Origin: Bacteroidota bacterium
Lineage (GTDB): Bacteria; Bacteroidota; Bacteroidia; Palsa-965
Length of the DNA: 64,000 bases
NCBI GenBank assembly: GCA_020402865.1
Contig: JADBYT010000021.1
Location: forward strand, 73,314-137,313
Direction: 5' to 3'
The notes under the pieces are model-generated. The model made no database searches and had not been told where the DNA came from. It saw only the letters and a list, made by a program, of their open reading frames with translations. Each line of letters starts with the position of its first letter. The first letter of the stretch is position 1. The position numbers and the translations under genes were made by a program. Below are positions 1-10,242 of the stretch, in pieces.

Positions 1-95
1 CATGTGTAAGATGAGCAAGCTGCAACGGAGTTTGCGGGTGTATTTGAAAAGTATGCGCCATGTGTCTGAGCGTCGTATTTTTTACTTCTTACTTG

Positions 96-268
96 CCGGC
101 GGCGGGTTTTACCGAAGCCGCCGGGCGATTTGTACACGGTGGTTTCGACAGGCTCAACCACCGTGGGGATACGTTTTCCCGGAGGCTGATCTTGCAGAAG
201 CCGCCGGAGGACTTTGCTTTCCCGGAGGCTGATCCCTGCAGGCCTGCGGGGATCGAAGCCGCCGGAAA
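96..268. repeat. Cluster of four GC-rich stem-loops just 3' of hisS (REP/BIME-like)
   Basis: Arms CCGGCGGC/GCCGCCGG (96-124). Arms CACGGTGGT/ACCACCGTG around loop TTCGACAGGCTCA (135-165). CCCGGAGGC...GCCGCCGG at 178-207 and 221-268, the latter enclosing palindrome GCAGGCCTGC. Right arm GAAGCCGCCGG occurs three times. Confidence 0.7.
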
Positions 269-286
269 CAACAAATGCCTTACTGC

Positions 287-1675
287 CTATGCCAGTCGTT
301 TTATCAATTCATCAATGGCAATCAGCTCCTGTTCGCCGTTCTGCATGTTTTTGAGCATGACTTTACCGGCTGCACGTTCGCTTTCACCAATTACGGCCAC
401 GAACGGAATTTTACGGGCATCAGCATACTTGAACTGTTTCTGAATTTTGGCGGCATCCGGATAAATTTCGGCAGCAATGCCGGCCCGGCGGGCTTTGTGC
501 AGGGTGCGGAAAGCTTCGTCGCCATCTTCACCGCCAAAGTTGATGAACAGCAGTTGCGTGCTCATGGTCACATCGGCCGGATAGCGGTTCAGTTCGTTCA
601 GCACATCGTAAATACGATCAGCACCAAACGAAATGCCTACGCCCGACATGTTCTTCAACCCGAAAATGCCTGTGAGGTCATCGTAACGGCCGCCACCGCA
701 AATGCTGCTGCTGAGTGAACCGGCATTGGCCTTCACTTCAAAAATGGCCCCGGTGTAATAATTCAGTCCGCGCGCAAGCGTAATGTCGAGTTCCACTTCG
801 GCTTTCTGCAAACCGGCCTCGGCAATTTTGGTGAAGATGTAATCGACTTCTTCAATGCCCTTCTGCCCTGTTTCCGATTCTGCAAGCATGCTGCGCAGCA
901 AATCGCGCTTGGCGGCGTAATTACCGGTAAAAGCAATAAGCGGTTGCAGTTTTTCGATGGCCTCCGCCGAAACGCCATTGGCTTCGAGCTCTTTGTTTAC
1001 GCCATCCACCCCGATTTTATCGAGCTTGTCGATCGCTACGGTGATGGTGACAATGCGTTCCTTCTCGCCAATCACTTCGGCAATACCGCTGAGGATTTTG
1101 CGGTTGTTAATTTTCACCGTTACCGGCACATCAAATGTGGTAAACACATCGTCAATCATCTGCACCAGTTCCACCTCATTCAGCAGCGAATTGCTTCCGA
1201 TTACATCGGCATCACACTGGTAAAACTCGCGGTATCGTCCCTTTTGCGGCTTATCGGCACGCCATACAGGCTGTATCTGGTAGCGGCGGAAAGGGAATGT
1301 AATTTCGTTCTGGTGCATCACCACAAAGCGCGCAAAGGGCACGGTGAGGTCGTAGCGCAGGGCTTTTTCGGTGAGTATGTCGGAGTTGGTATTTTGCGAA
1401 AGTGTGCGTTCAAATGTATCGCGCATTTTCGCTTTGGTCTCGTCTTTGGCTTCGTGCGGACGAGAATTTAGTATTTTGAACAGCAGCTGATCGCCTTCGT
1501 CGCCGTATTTGCCGGTAAGGGTTTCAATAGTTTCCATGGCCGGTGTTTCAATGGGCAGGTAGCCATAACGGCGAAACACGGTGCGGATGGTATCAAAAAT
1601 ATAGTTGCGGCGCACCATCTCCTGCGGAGAGAAATCGCGTGTGCCTTTGGGAATGGAAGGTTTCTGAGCGGCCAT
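287..1675 (-). CDS. hisS: Histidine--tRNA ligase
   Basis: 462-aa ORF with class II aaRS HisRS hallmarks: KGTRDF near the N-terminus, [25 protein letters not shown], and a C-terminal anticodon-binding-like region. Confidence 0.93.
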   Translation of the reverse strand: MAAQKPSIPKGTRDFSPQEMVRRNYIFDTIRTVFRRYGYLPIETPAMETIETLTGKYGDEGDQLLFKILNSRPHEAKDETKAKMRDTFERTLSQNTNSDILTEKALRYDLTVPFARFVVMHQNEITFPFRRYQIQPVWRADKPQKGRYREFYQCDADVIGSNSLLNEVELVQMIDDVFTTFDVPVTVKINNRKILSGIAEVIGEKERIVTITVAIDKLDKIGVDGVNKELEANGVSAEAIEKLQPLIAFTGNYAAKRDLLRSMLAESETGQKGIEEVDYIFTKIAEAGLQKAEVELDITLARGLNYYTGAIFEVKANAGSLSSSICGGGRYDDLTGIFGLKNMSGVGISFGADRIYDVLNELNRYPADVTMSTQLLFINFGGEDGDEAFRTLHKARRAGIAAEIYPDAAKIQKQFKYADARKIPFVAVIGESERAAGKVMLKNMQNGEQELIAIDELIKRLA

Positions 1676-1676
1676 T

Positions 1677-2306
1677 TTAGGCGGATAGGTGTTTGAGGAG
1701 AAATTCTTTGAGCGGATTTAATGCTTCGTGATTCAAATTCCACTGTGTTTGATCAAGATAATTTCTTGACTTTTCATGAGCCGGATCAATATTTCTGTCG
1801 GTCCGTTTATTGAGTAATGCTGAATAAGCATACAGCTTTATTTTTTCGTCAGGTAACTGAAGTTCTTTACCTGTGCCCAACAAACATTCTACATATCGAT
1901 TGTGGCATTGATTGATGTCGTGATGATCTTCGTGACAAAGATTAATCAGCAATGTTTCAAGATTATAAACATTTGAGTATATGTCTTTTTCTTCGCGTGG
2001 TCTGTTAAATGGTAGCAGAAAGAAATCGGTGAGCAAATTTACTTCAACCATTTGCTGAAGTTTGTCTAATCGTTGAGTATATACAAAATCGGCATCGAGA
2101 ATAGCTATAACGGACTTGCCCGCATCCATTGCTTTCTGAAGCTGAGATTGAAACATAGTTCTTTTAATAAAACCTTCCAGATTAGTATCTAATCTCAGAA
2201 AACTATTGTCATTAATTAAAATCGAGCCTTGGGTAACTTGAGAAATGTATTGAGATATGAAGCGCTGATCGGCAACACCTTCAACTATTAGCAAAAACTC
2301 TTTCAT
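1677..2306 (-). CDS. Toprim-like small protein (RloB/AbiLii-, DUF4276-, DUF3226- or DUF4435-like; family unresolved)
   Basis: 209 aa. N-terminal LLIVEGVAD (Toprim-type conserved Glu) and later AILDADF (DxD-type acidic motif). Starts 7 nt after the upstream ATPase gene and stops 1 nt before the hisS start. AT-richer than its neighbours. Confidence 0.55.
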   Translation of the reverse strand: MKEFLLIVEGVADQRFISQYISQVTQGSILINDNSFLRLDTNLEGFIKRTMFQSQLQKAMDAGKSVIAILDADFVYTQRLDKLQQMVEVNLLTDFFLLPFNRPREEKDIYSNVYNLETLLINLCHEDHHDINQCHNRYVECLLGTGKELQLPDEKIKLYAYSALLNKRTDRNIDPAHEKSRNYLDQTQWNLNHEALNPLKEFLLKHLSA

Positions 2307-2313
2307 CGCTCAA

Positions 2314-3369
2314 TTATCTAATCTCGTTCTCTGAAATAATATTTGCAGCCAACTCGGTATAATTTAACACATACGACTTTATCTGGTTATCTTTTGTTTT
2401 ACCTAAAATGATGTATCTGGACTTGTCCTGATATTTTTCACCCAGTTCGAAGAGTGCTTCTTGATATGCTTCAATAAACTCTTTGCTGTGTGTTGTTGCA
2501 AAAAGCTGCACATTATATTCTAAAGCCGATTCAATAATGGCTTTGATATATTCTTTCATACGCAGGTAATACACACCGGTATCAATTTCATCAATCATCA
2601 GACGTTGATTGGATGAAGTCATTATACGCAGCATAAGGCGGAGCATTTTGAGAGCACCATCGCCAAAAGCTGTTATTGGTAATAATTTAGAATTGTCTTT
2701 CTGCTGAATAGCAATTGAAGTTTCTTCGTATTGATCTTCGAGAAGGCGTATATCCTCGATTTCAGGAATAAATAGTTTCAGCGACTGAATTAGTCTGGCG
2801 TTATTACTGAGATCCTGATTAATTAGACGCGAGTAGTTTTTTACAATGCGCGAAGTATAGCCAACATTATTAGGAATAATTGCTCCTGTAGTTAAATGCT
2901 TTTCTGGTAAATAAACTGCAGGTGATACATCAGTAAGGGTATTATTAGTGTATTGAGCAACGACTTCCCCGATTTTGTTTTGACCTGAATACTTTTCACT
3001 AAATTTCTCCTTTACACTTGCTTCATGCAAACGAATATCCTGAGCTAGTATCCTGAAAACTGATTTATTATTGAACCCGTATTCAATTTCACGATTTTCG
3101 GGCTGGCTGTTATTTATAAAATAAGCAAGATAATTTCGTTTTGACGATTCGTCGCTGTCAACACTATGCTTTACAGCATATACAGCATTAAGATTATGAA
3201 GTGTCTGAACAAGATCTGTATCTAACAGTAAAGCCTCCAGCAAACTGGTTTTGCCGATATTATTATCACCGGCAATCAGATTAATCTGGCCGATATTGCT
3301 CATTTCAAAACGATCAAAACATTTGAAATGCCCGACCATGAAATCAGTAATATGGAAATTTGGAGCCAT
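2314..3369 (-). CDS. ABC/AAA_21-type ATPase (OLD/AriA/AbiLi-like class)
   Basis: Walker A GDNNIGKTS, signature-like FGDGALKML, Walker B RLMIDEIDTGV, H-loop ATTHS. Start placed at MAPNFHITDF (3369) because the longer ORF (3405) overlaps the upstream gene. Confidence 0.8.
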   Translation of the reverse strand: MAPNFHITDFMVGHFKCFDRFEMSNIGQINLIAGDNNIGKTSLLEALLLDTDLVQTLHNLNAVYAVKHSVDSDESSKRNYLAYFINNSQPENREIEYGFNNKSVFRILAQDIRLHEASVKEKFSEKYSGQNKIGEVVAQYTNNTLTDVSPAVYLPEKHLTTGAIIPNNVGYTSRIVKNYSRLINQDLSNNARLIQSLKLFIPEIEDIRLLEDQYEETSIAIQQKDNSKLLPITAFGDGALKMLRLMLRIMTSSNQRLMIDEIDTGVYYLRMKEYIKAIIESALEYNVQLFATTHSKEFIEAYQEALFELGEKYQDKSRYIILGKTKDNQIKSYVLNYTELAANIISENEIR

Positions 3370-3401
3370 AAGCCACAAATATAACCACAAACTCCCCAAT
3401 T

Positions 3402-4103
3402 TCAAGGCACCTTATACCCTCTCAGCTGCAACTTATAATATCCGCCCGAAGCATAATTGCGCACATGCTGCACCACACCGAGCCGCGGCACATACCACTC
3501 GAGTACCGTGGCATAGCGGTAAAACCTGCCGTTTTCAAGATCAGGCCGCTGTGCCAGCATATCGGCGCTTACTTTCCACGCGGCGAGTTTGCCTATTTTG
3601 GGCAGTATAATCGAATCGGCCGCCACAACATAGCGGTTTACAATGCGGTAATTCATTGTACTTGGACCATTGGGACCGGGCCGGGTGTCGGAAAAAGAAG
3701 CTTCGCGCAGCGAATCGCCGGGCTGCGGATTGAGCGGATAGTTGAGCCACAAGGACGGCGATTCGGGTAAGTGCATTTCATCTTCCGTGTTTTTCACATC
3801 CACCACCCACTGCCGGGCTGCCACGTAGAAAAAAAGCGAATCGGCACTGTAATACTGCGGCGTGGTGCCAATAAGTATCCGTTTGCGTGTCATGTACTGC
3901 GCCTCAGCAGTTGAAACAGTTTTTCCCTTCACATCGGTGGTGAGCAATACATTCACATTCACATACCCCATAGCCTGCCCCTTCTCATTAAAACGTACAA
4001 ACGAAAACGCGGCATGCTTTCGAACCGGCATTGGCAACAGGGCATTACTGCCCGAAAATGCGGTGAGCACCACTAACAGTAAAATCAATCCGGCATGTTT
4101 CAT
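3402..4103 (-). CDS. Hypothetical secreted protein
   Basis: 233-aa ORF with an N-terminal signal peptide (MKHAGLILLLVVLTAFSGSNA). No recognisable catalytic motif. Confidence 0.6.
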   Translation of the reverse strand: MKHAGLILLLVVLTAFSGSNALLPMPVRKHAAFSFVRFNEKGQAMGYVNVNVLLTTDVKGKTVSTAEAQYMTRKRILIGTTPQYYSADSLFFYVAARQWVVDVKNTEDEMHLPESPSLWLNYPLNPQPGDSLREASFSDTRPGPNGPSTMNYRIVNRYVVAADSIILPKIGKLAAWKVSADMLAQRPDLENGRFYRYATVLEWYVPRLGVVQHVRNYASGGYYKLQLRGYKVP

Positions 4104-4176
4104 TCCCTAAAAATACAAAACACGCCGCACAGGGTCGTAGCGGCGTGTTTGAAGGTTGTGAGAATAAAAGGGGAAA

Positions 4177-4884
4177 TCAGGGTCTCACAATTTTGCTTAT
4201 TTCAGAATGGCTTTCGAGTTTGCTTTCCTTATAGCTTTCTGAATAAACCGTTCCGATTTTGGGTGTAAACCATTCAATGCTATGACGGGGCTTGATGGGC
4301 AGTTTACCCATGGCCATTACCATTTCAAAATCAATATCGTATTCAATCTTCCAGCAATCGAAAGTTCCGGCAGGCGTGGTTTTGTTTTCTTTGGCCACCA
4401 CTTTACGATTGTACATTTTTATGGTAGTGGTTGAAAACTGTGTGCCTTTGTTTTTGGTATTCATTACCACATGCGCATCAGGCAGTTTCATGCCTACACT
4501 CATGTTGCCGGGATATTCCATATCCAGTCCTTCAAACTCGAATGTAAAATCGGCACCCATGCGGGCATTGCTTGTAGATGCGAAATTTTTCATGTCCATG
4601 TAAAACTTGCCGTTTTCGCAACGCATCTTCACATCGGCCGAACCCATTTCGCGGCTTTTGGCGTCAACCGTGCTCACATGCATTTCGGCTGTGGCGCTGC
4701 TGGCTGTTTTGGTCACCTCTTTAATGGTACTGGTGCCGGTTGATACCAGTTTGCCTTTTTCATCGTAGGTGGTGGTGGTAATGCTTACGCCTTTTACAAA
4801 AAGGTCGCTTTCGCACACTTCAGCAGGCACCATGGAGGTGAACAGAAAGGCGGAAGCAAGGAGCGGGAAGAGTAATTTTTTCAT
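4177..4884 (-). CDS. Hypothetical secreted protein
   Basis: Start placed at MKKLLFPLLASAFLFTSMVPA (signal peptide). The upstream ORF extension looks non-coding. Confidence 0.6.
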   Translation of the reverse strand: MKKLLFPLLASAFLFTSMVPAEVCESDLFVKGVSITTTTYDEKGKLVSTGTSTIKEVTKTASSATAEMHVSTVDAKSREMGSADVKMRCENGKFYMDMKNFASTSNARMGADFTFEFEGLDMEYPGNMSVGMKLPDAHVVMNTKNKGTQFSTTTIKMYNRKVVAKENKTTPAGTFDCWKIEYDIDFEMVMAMGKLPIKPRHSIEWFTPKIGTVYSESYKESKLESHSEISKIVRP

Positions 4885-5009
4885 GGCAGTGAGTGAGTTA
4901 TTGCACAGCGCAAAGTTGTGAAATATGGTTGAATGCCTGTGGTATAAAAAAAAGATGTTGTGATAAAAAATCCCCGGCAAAAACTGTACCGGGGATTTAT
5001 ACAAAAGCA

Positions 5010-6689
5010 TTACACTGCCAGTTTTTTATACTTAAAGCGTTTCGGCTCGGCTGAATCGCCCAGACGTTTGCGGCGGTTTTCTTCGTATTCGGAGAATGAG
5101 CCTTCGAAGAAATACACGCTGGCATCGCCTTCAAAAGCAAGGATATGCGTACACACCCGGTCGAGGAACCAACGGTCGTGTGAGATGATTACGGCGCAGC
5201 CTGCAAAGTTTTCGAGGGCTTCTTCGAGTGCGCGCATCGTATTCACATCAATATCGTTGGTAGGTTCGTCGAGCAGGAGCACGTTTGCGCCCGAGCGCAG
5301 TGTGAGTGCCAGGTGCAGGCGGTTACGCTCACCACCCGAAAGCACTTTTACTTTCTTGCCCTGATCGGGGCCGCTGAAGTTGAATTTCGATACAAACGCG
5401 CGCGAGTTGAGCTTATGGCCTTCAAGCTCCACATACTCCGTGCCGCCGGTTATGGCTTCAAACACGGTGTGTTCGGGATTGATTTCGGTGTGCGACTGAT
5501 CGACATAAGCCACTTTTACCGTGGGGCCTACTTTAAACTCACCGGCTTCGGGCTGTATTTCGCCCATAATGAGGCGGAACAGCGTGGTTTTACCGGCGCC
5601 GTTGGGACCAATAATGCCTACAATGCCCGCCGGGGGCAGTTTAAAGTTGAGGTTTTCGTAAAGCACCTTGTCGCCAAAGGCTTTACTTACGCCAATGGCT
5701 TCAATTACTTCGTTGCCCAGACGCGGGCCGTTGGGTATGAAAAGTTCGAGCTTATCTTCCTTAGCGCGCACGTCTTCGTTGAGCATTTTCTCATAGTTGG
5801 CAATACGCGCTTTTGATTTGGCCTGGCGGCCTTTGGCACCCTGGCGCACCCACTCCAGCTCGCGTTCAAGTGTTTTGCGACGTTTGCTCTCGGTCTTTTC
5901 TTCCTGCGCCAGACGCTGTGATTTCTGGTCGAGCCAGCTTGAGTAGTTGCCTTTCCACGGAATACCTTCGCCGCGGTCGAGTTCGAGAATCCAGCCGGCT
6001 ACGTTATCGAGGAAGTAACGGTCGTGCGTTACCGCAATTACGGTGCCGTGGTAATTCTGCAGGAACTGCTCGAGCCACAATACCGACTCGGCATCAAGGT
6101 GGTTGGTAGGTTCGTCGAGCAGGAGAATATCAGGCTGCTGAAGCAGCAGGCGGCACAAAGCCACGCGGCGGCGCTCACCACCCGAACATACGTTAATGGG
6201 TGTATCGCCTTCGGGGCAGTTGAGCGCACTCATGGCGCGTTCCAGCTTGCTTTCAATGTTCCACGCATCAAGCTGCTCAATACGGTCGGAAAGGCGGGCC
6301 TGACGTTCGATGAGTTTGTTCATCTCCTCATCGCTCATGGGCTCGGCAAATTTGTTGTTTACCTCTTCGTACTCATTAAGCACATCGGTAATTTCCTTCA
6401 CCCCTTCCTTCACAATATCCATTACCGTTTTCGACTCATCAAGCTGCGGCTCCTGTTCGAGAAAACCAATGCTGTAGCCGGGCGAGTAATGCAAATCGCC
6501 GAGGTAATCCTTGTCCACACCCGCAATAATGCGAAGCAGCGATGATTTACCCGAGCCGTTAAGACCAATGATACCGATTTTGGCACCGTAATAAAACGAG
6601 AGGTAAATGTCTTTAAGAACCTGTTTTTGCGGCGGGTGAATTTTGCTCACGCCCACCATCGAAAAAATAATCTGTCTGCCTTCCGACAT
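5010..6689 (-). CDS. ettA: ABC-F ATPase, energy-dependent translational throttle protein EttA-like
   Basis: Two ABC cassettes (Walker A GLNGSGKSS and GPNGAGKTT; signatures CSGGERRRVAL and LSGGERNRLHL) and no TM segments. About 559 aa from MSEGRQIIFSM. Confidence 0.9.
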   Translation of the reverse strand: MSEGRQIIFSMVGVSKIHPPQKQVLKDIYLSFYYGAKIGIIGLNGSGKSSLLRIIAGVDKDYLGDLHYSPGYSIGFLEQEPQLDESKTVMDIVKEGVKEITDVLNEYEEVNNKFAEPMSDEEMNKLIERQARLSDRIEQLDAWNIESKLERAMSALNCPEGDTPINVCSGGERRRVALCRLLLQQPDILLLDEPTNHLDAESVLWLEQFLQNYHGTVIAVTHDRYFLDNVAGWILELDRGEGIPWKGNYSSWLDQKSQRLAQEEKTESKRRKTLERELEWVRQGAKGRQAKSKARIANYEKMLNEDVRAKEDKLELFIPNGPRLGNEVIEAIGVSKAFGDKVLYENLNFKLPPAGIVGIIGPNGAGKTTLFRLIMGEIQPEAGEFKVGPTVKVAYVDQSHTEINPEHTVFEAITGGTEYVELEGHKLNSRAFVSKFNFSGPDQGKKVKVLSGGERNRLHLALTLRSGANVLLLDEPTNDIDVNTMRALEEALENFAGCAVIISHDRWFLDRVCTHILAFEGDASVYFFEGSFSEYEENRRKRLGDSAEPKRFKYKKLAV

Positions 6690-6928
6690 GGTATGTAAAA
6701 TCTGGTTTAGAGGATGCAAATATCGGTAAATTAAACGAAGGATAAACTGTTCCCTTCAACATCCTTAATTACCCTATAAACAACTAACCAACAAGCCATT
6801 AAACCCCAAAAAACATCTATCTCCCGAATTTCGTATGTTGCTGATATAACTCAGATCGTGCAGCAACGCAAATTTCCGCATCAGTTGCAAATCCTGTTTT
6901 ACACTCAAAAAGAAGAGCAATAAATCAA

Positions 6929-7378
6929 ATGAATCAGCCAATCTCCCCAGAAGCCCTTCTGCACTGGCGTTTAAGCCTGATAAGACCTTTGTTTTTCTTC
7001 AGCTCGGTTGAAATTGTGGGTGATGCCTGGCTGAAAGGAATACAACATGTGGGCTGGGGCTGGTTTCCGGCCGAAGATTGCAGTGCGTGGTTCGACGATC
7101 TGAATATGAAAGCCGGGCCTGACTGGGCATTGCAGGAAGCGCGTATTACTAAAAGTGAATATCAGTTAATCGTTCCTTTCCATGAAGCATTCAGAATGGT
7201 TTGCGATGAAAAGGAAAATGACGGAAAAAAACTGCTTAACACGTCATCCCTCAGCAGGTTGATTAATGAAGCCCGGATGGTATGTGGAAAACTACCTCAC
7301 ACGATAAAAGGCGGCAAGGAAAAAGAGCTTGTCAGGCTACTGACAAAAGTGGCAGGCCGGTTTTGGATCACGAACTGA
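6929..7378 (+). CDS. Hypothetical protein
   Basis: 149-aa ORF in an otherwise empty interval. No motif recognised. Confidence 0.45.
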   Translation: MNQPISPEALLHWRLSLIRPLFFFSSVEIVGDAWLKGIQHVGWGWFPAEDCSAWFDDLNMKAGPDWALQEARITKSEYQLIVPFHEAFRMVCDEKENDGKKLLNTSSLSRLINEARMVCGKLPHTIKGGKEKELVRLLTKVAGRFWITN

Positions 7379-7465
7379 TAGTAATCACATAAAACTCATA
7401 TAATAACCAAACATATAATTTAATATTTTTATATATTTACCCACAAAACCAATCTCTGCACCAAG

Positions 7466-8137
7466 ATGCCGTCATCAATTGACAACAAAAATCTGTTCTG
7501 GCTGCGCTGGACAATAAACTGTGCGTTGGGTGAAGTGCTGGGTATCGGTGCGGCGGGTTTAATTGCATTGATGGTTTTTAAGCTGCTTGGCGAACCACAA
7601 ACTACAGGGTCGAAGTTACTTGTGTTGTTTTGCATGATGTGTGCAGGATTAATAGAAGGTGCTGTGCTGGGCTACATGCAATGGCGCATACTGCGTCAAA
7701 AACTTCCTGAACTGCCGCGCAGCAACTGGCTGCAATACACAATGCTTATTGCCGTGCTGGGCTGGATGCTGGGTATGCTGCCTTCGTTGTTTTTTTTCGA
7801 TGAGCAGCCTGCCAACACAAGCACTTCTGCGCCTCCGCTTCCGGGTACTTTATTTGCGGCGCTGAGTGTGGGTGCAGGGCTATTGCTGGGCGCGTTGTTC
7901 GGGCTTTTCCAGTGGTTTGAACTGAAACATTATGTGCATCATTCAAAGCAATGGATTTTGGCCAATGCGCTGGGCTGGGGTGCCGGAATAGGCTGGATTT
8001 ATTTCTTTGCCGGCTTGCCCGAAGAACATACACCGTTGCTGGAAACCTTGTTCTATGCAGCCTGCGGCAGCATTCTTGCCGGTTTAAGTGTAGGTGCAAT
8101 TACCGGTGCTTTTCTGGTGCGGCTGCATAAAAAGTAG
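7466..8137 (+). CDS. Hypothetical integral membrane protein
   Basis: 223 aa with several long hydrophobic segments (Gly/Ala/Leu-rich helices). Confidence 0.6.
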   Translation: MPSSIDNKNLFWLRWTINCALGEVLGIGAAGLIALMVFKLLGEPQTTGSKLLVLFCMMCAGLIEGAVLGYMQWRILRQKLPELPRSNWLQYTMLIAVLGWMLGMLPSLFFFDEQPANTSTSAPPLPGTLFAALSVGAGLLLGALFGLFQWFELKHYVHHSKQWILANALGWGAGIGWIYFFAGLPEEHTPLLETLFYAACGSILAGLSVGAITGAFLVRLHKK

Positions 8138-8184
8138 AAATCCGTCTCCGGCAAACAAATACGTGCAGGTGTTGTTTTGTATGC

Positions 8185-8976
8185 ATGTATTTCATTTCTG
8201 AATTAAGAACACGAAACGAACCGCTGTTTTGGTTTGGTCTGCTCTGCTTTGCGGCTGCGCTGGTGTTTATTCTGCTTTCGTTGCGTTCAAACCTGCTTGT
8301 GGCGGGTGTGAATGCCTGGTATAAACCAATCAAATTTGCCCTTTCAATCGGTATTTACTGCTGGACAATGGGCTGGTTCATACATTACCTTCCAAAATTC
8401 AATGTATCGCTTTTCAACCTGACCATTATTGTACTGCTGGGTTTTGAAATTGTGTACATCGCCCTGCAGGCGGGGCGCGGCGAGCTTTCGCATTACAACC
8501 AGCGTGCGCCTGTTTATGTAATTCTGTACGGACTAATGGCCATAGCGGCCACCGTGGTTACACTTTACACGGCATACGCGGGTATCGAATTTTTCAGGCA
8601 GCCGGTGCAGCTTCCGGCGGCTTATCTGAATGGCATACGCGCCGGTATTTTCATCTTCGTCATTTTCTCGCTCGAGGGTTTTGTAATGGGTTCGCGGCTT
8701 TCGCACACCATTGGCGGGGCCGATGGCAACCACGGCATTGCGTTTTTAGGCTGGAGCAAACGCTTCGGCGATCCGCGTTTGGCGCATTTTATTGGTATGC
8801 ATGCCTTGCAGGTATTGCCGTTGCTGGGCTGGTATGTGTTCAGGGAAAGCCGCTGGGTTTGGCTTACGGCTGCGCTTTACTTTTTACTGGCGCTGTTTAC
8901 ACTTGTGCAGGCGCTGCGTGGTTTGCCTTTTTCAGGCAAGCCTCCGGCCGCTGCAGAAAACAGCAGACAGCAGTAA
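8185..8976 (+). CDS. Hypothetical integral membrane protein
   Basis: 263 aa with about 7 hydrophobic helices. Confidence 0.6.
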   Translation: MYFISELRTRNEPLFWFGLLCFAAALVFILLSLRSNLLVAGVNAWYKPIKFALSIGIYCWTMGWFIHYLPKFNVSLFNLTIIVLLGFEIVYIALQAGRGELSHYNQRAPVYVILYGLMAIAATVVTLYTAYAGIEFFRQPVQLPAAYLNGIRAGIFIFVIFSLEGFVMGSRLSHTIGGADGNHGIAFLGWSKRFGDPRLAHFIGMHALQVLPLLGWYVFRESRWVWLTAALYFLLALFTLVQALRGLPFSGKPPAAAENSRQQ

Positions 8977-8982
8977 AACGTA

Positions 8983-9591
8983 TCAGCAGTTTTTACGGAA
9001 AAGCCCGGCTCCGCTGCGCAGAATAAATGCGTTAAGCTGCCAGCAAAGCCACGCCGACCCCACGCCAATCAGCGCGCCGGCAATTACATCGGTTGGATAG
9101 TGCATGCCCAGATGCATGCGCGAATAGGCTACCGTACCTGCCCATACAAACGCAGGCGCAGCCACGTACCATTTGGGAAAAGCCATGGTAAGCGAAGTAG
9201 CCAGCGCAAACGCCGAAGAAGTGTGGCCCGAAGGAAATGAATACGGTCCGGCATGCTGCTGCGGCACAATATCGTTATAGGTCACATACGGCCGCTTGCG
9301 ACCAATGCTGTATTTAAGCCCAACCGTAATTGCTGTGGAAACTGCCATTGTGCTGCCCACAATCCAGAAACGCTGCTGGCGCAAACTATCGCATTTCATG
9401 AGCGAATGCACAAGCAGACCGGCTGGAAGAATGGCGCAGGCCGGCACCATGCTGTTTGAAGCACCTTTCATCAGTCCGTCGAGGCGCACATTGCGTTCTA
9501 CATGTATGCTGCGCAGCTGGCGGATGTCCCAGTTTTGGGCAGGCAGCAGCAAGGCAATAAAGCAGGTCAGGCTAAGTAAAGTGTATTTCAT
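8983..9591 (-). CDS. PAP2-family phosphatase
   Basis: Acid phosphatase motifs KYSIGRKRP, PSGHTS and SRMHLGMHYPTDV. Membrane-embedded. Confidence 0.85.
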   Translation of the reverse strand: MKYTLLSLTCFIALLLPAQNWDIRQLRSIHVERNVRLDGLMKGASNSMVPACAILPAGLLVHSLMKCDSLRQQRFWIVGSTMAVSTAITVGLKYSIGRKRPYVTYNDIVPQQHAGPYSFPSGHTSSAFALATSLTMAFPKWYVAAPAFVWAGTVAYSRMHLGMHYPTDVIAGALIGVGSAWLCWQLNAFILRSGAGLFRKNC

Positions 9592-9612
9592 ACTAAGGAG
9601 GAAAGCTTCAAA

Positions 9613-10233
9613 TTACTTAAATGTAAGCGGATGCGCCGCATTAAATCGCTTCAGAAAAATGAAAAGCTGCTGAGCGCGCTTGCGTTTATTAAGTTGCCTG
9701 AATTCTGCGGCCAGTTTTTCGTCGTGCGTTTCAAGAAAACTGAGCATGAACTGCGGCGTAAACAAGGCTATGCTGCCGGTGTAGGTATCCAGCACATATT
9801 GCATTTGCTGGCGCACAGGGGCATTGCCTGCAACAGGGCCGCCCGTGTATAGATAATTCATTTCTGTGGTGGTAAAATGACATAGCGTGCCCACCACCAT
9901 AAGGCGTGTGAATCCTTCCTGCGTGCGGATATAAATATGGCGGTTAAAACAATAGCCCCAAAGTGCCGAAGTAAGCGTATCATGCTGCACACCGGCACTG
10001 TCGCGCCAGGAAATGTTCCGGCCGGCCACCGTTTTACTCATAAAATCGGGCGCTTCCCGGTCGGCGGCAGAAATAAGTTGTGCAAGCGGAACCGGCCTGT
10101 TGGCTTTAAATGCGTCGAAGCTGAGGTAAATGCCCGGCTGCAATTCCACAGTCCGGTGGCGTAATGCGGAATCGGGCTGTGCAATGAGTACAGGCGGAAG
10201 TGTAAGAAGAAAAAGTAAAAATAGAATACGCAT
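9613..10233 (-). CDS. Hypothetical secreted protein
   Basis: Signal peptide MRILFLLFLLTLPPVLIAQ. No other motif recognised. Confidence 0.55.
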   Translation of the reverse strand: MRILFLLFLLTLPPVLIAQPDSALRHRTVELQPGIYLSFDAFKANRPVPLAQLISAADREAPDFMSKTVAGRNISWRDSAGVQHDTLTSALWGYCFNRHIYIRTQEGFTRLMVVGTLCHFTTTEMNYLYTGGPVAGNAPVRQQMQYVLDTYTGSIALFTPQFMLSFLETHDEKLAAEFRQLNKRKRAQQLFIFLKRFNAAHPLTFK

Positions 10234-10242
10234 ACAAAGCAA

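Noticed and set aside
1-286. ORFs 2-232, 60-443 and 89-274 at the window start
   Set aside because: They overlap each other and the GC-rich hairpin cluster, and 60-443 runs antisense into hisS. The peptide strings (for example FDRLNHR) are typical translations of the hairpin repeats rather than genes.
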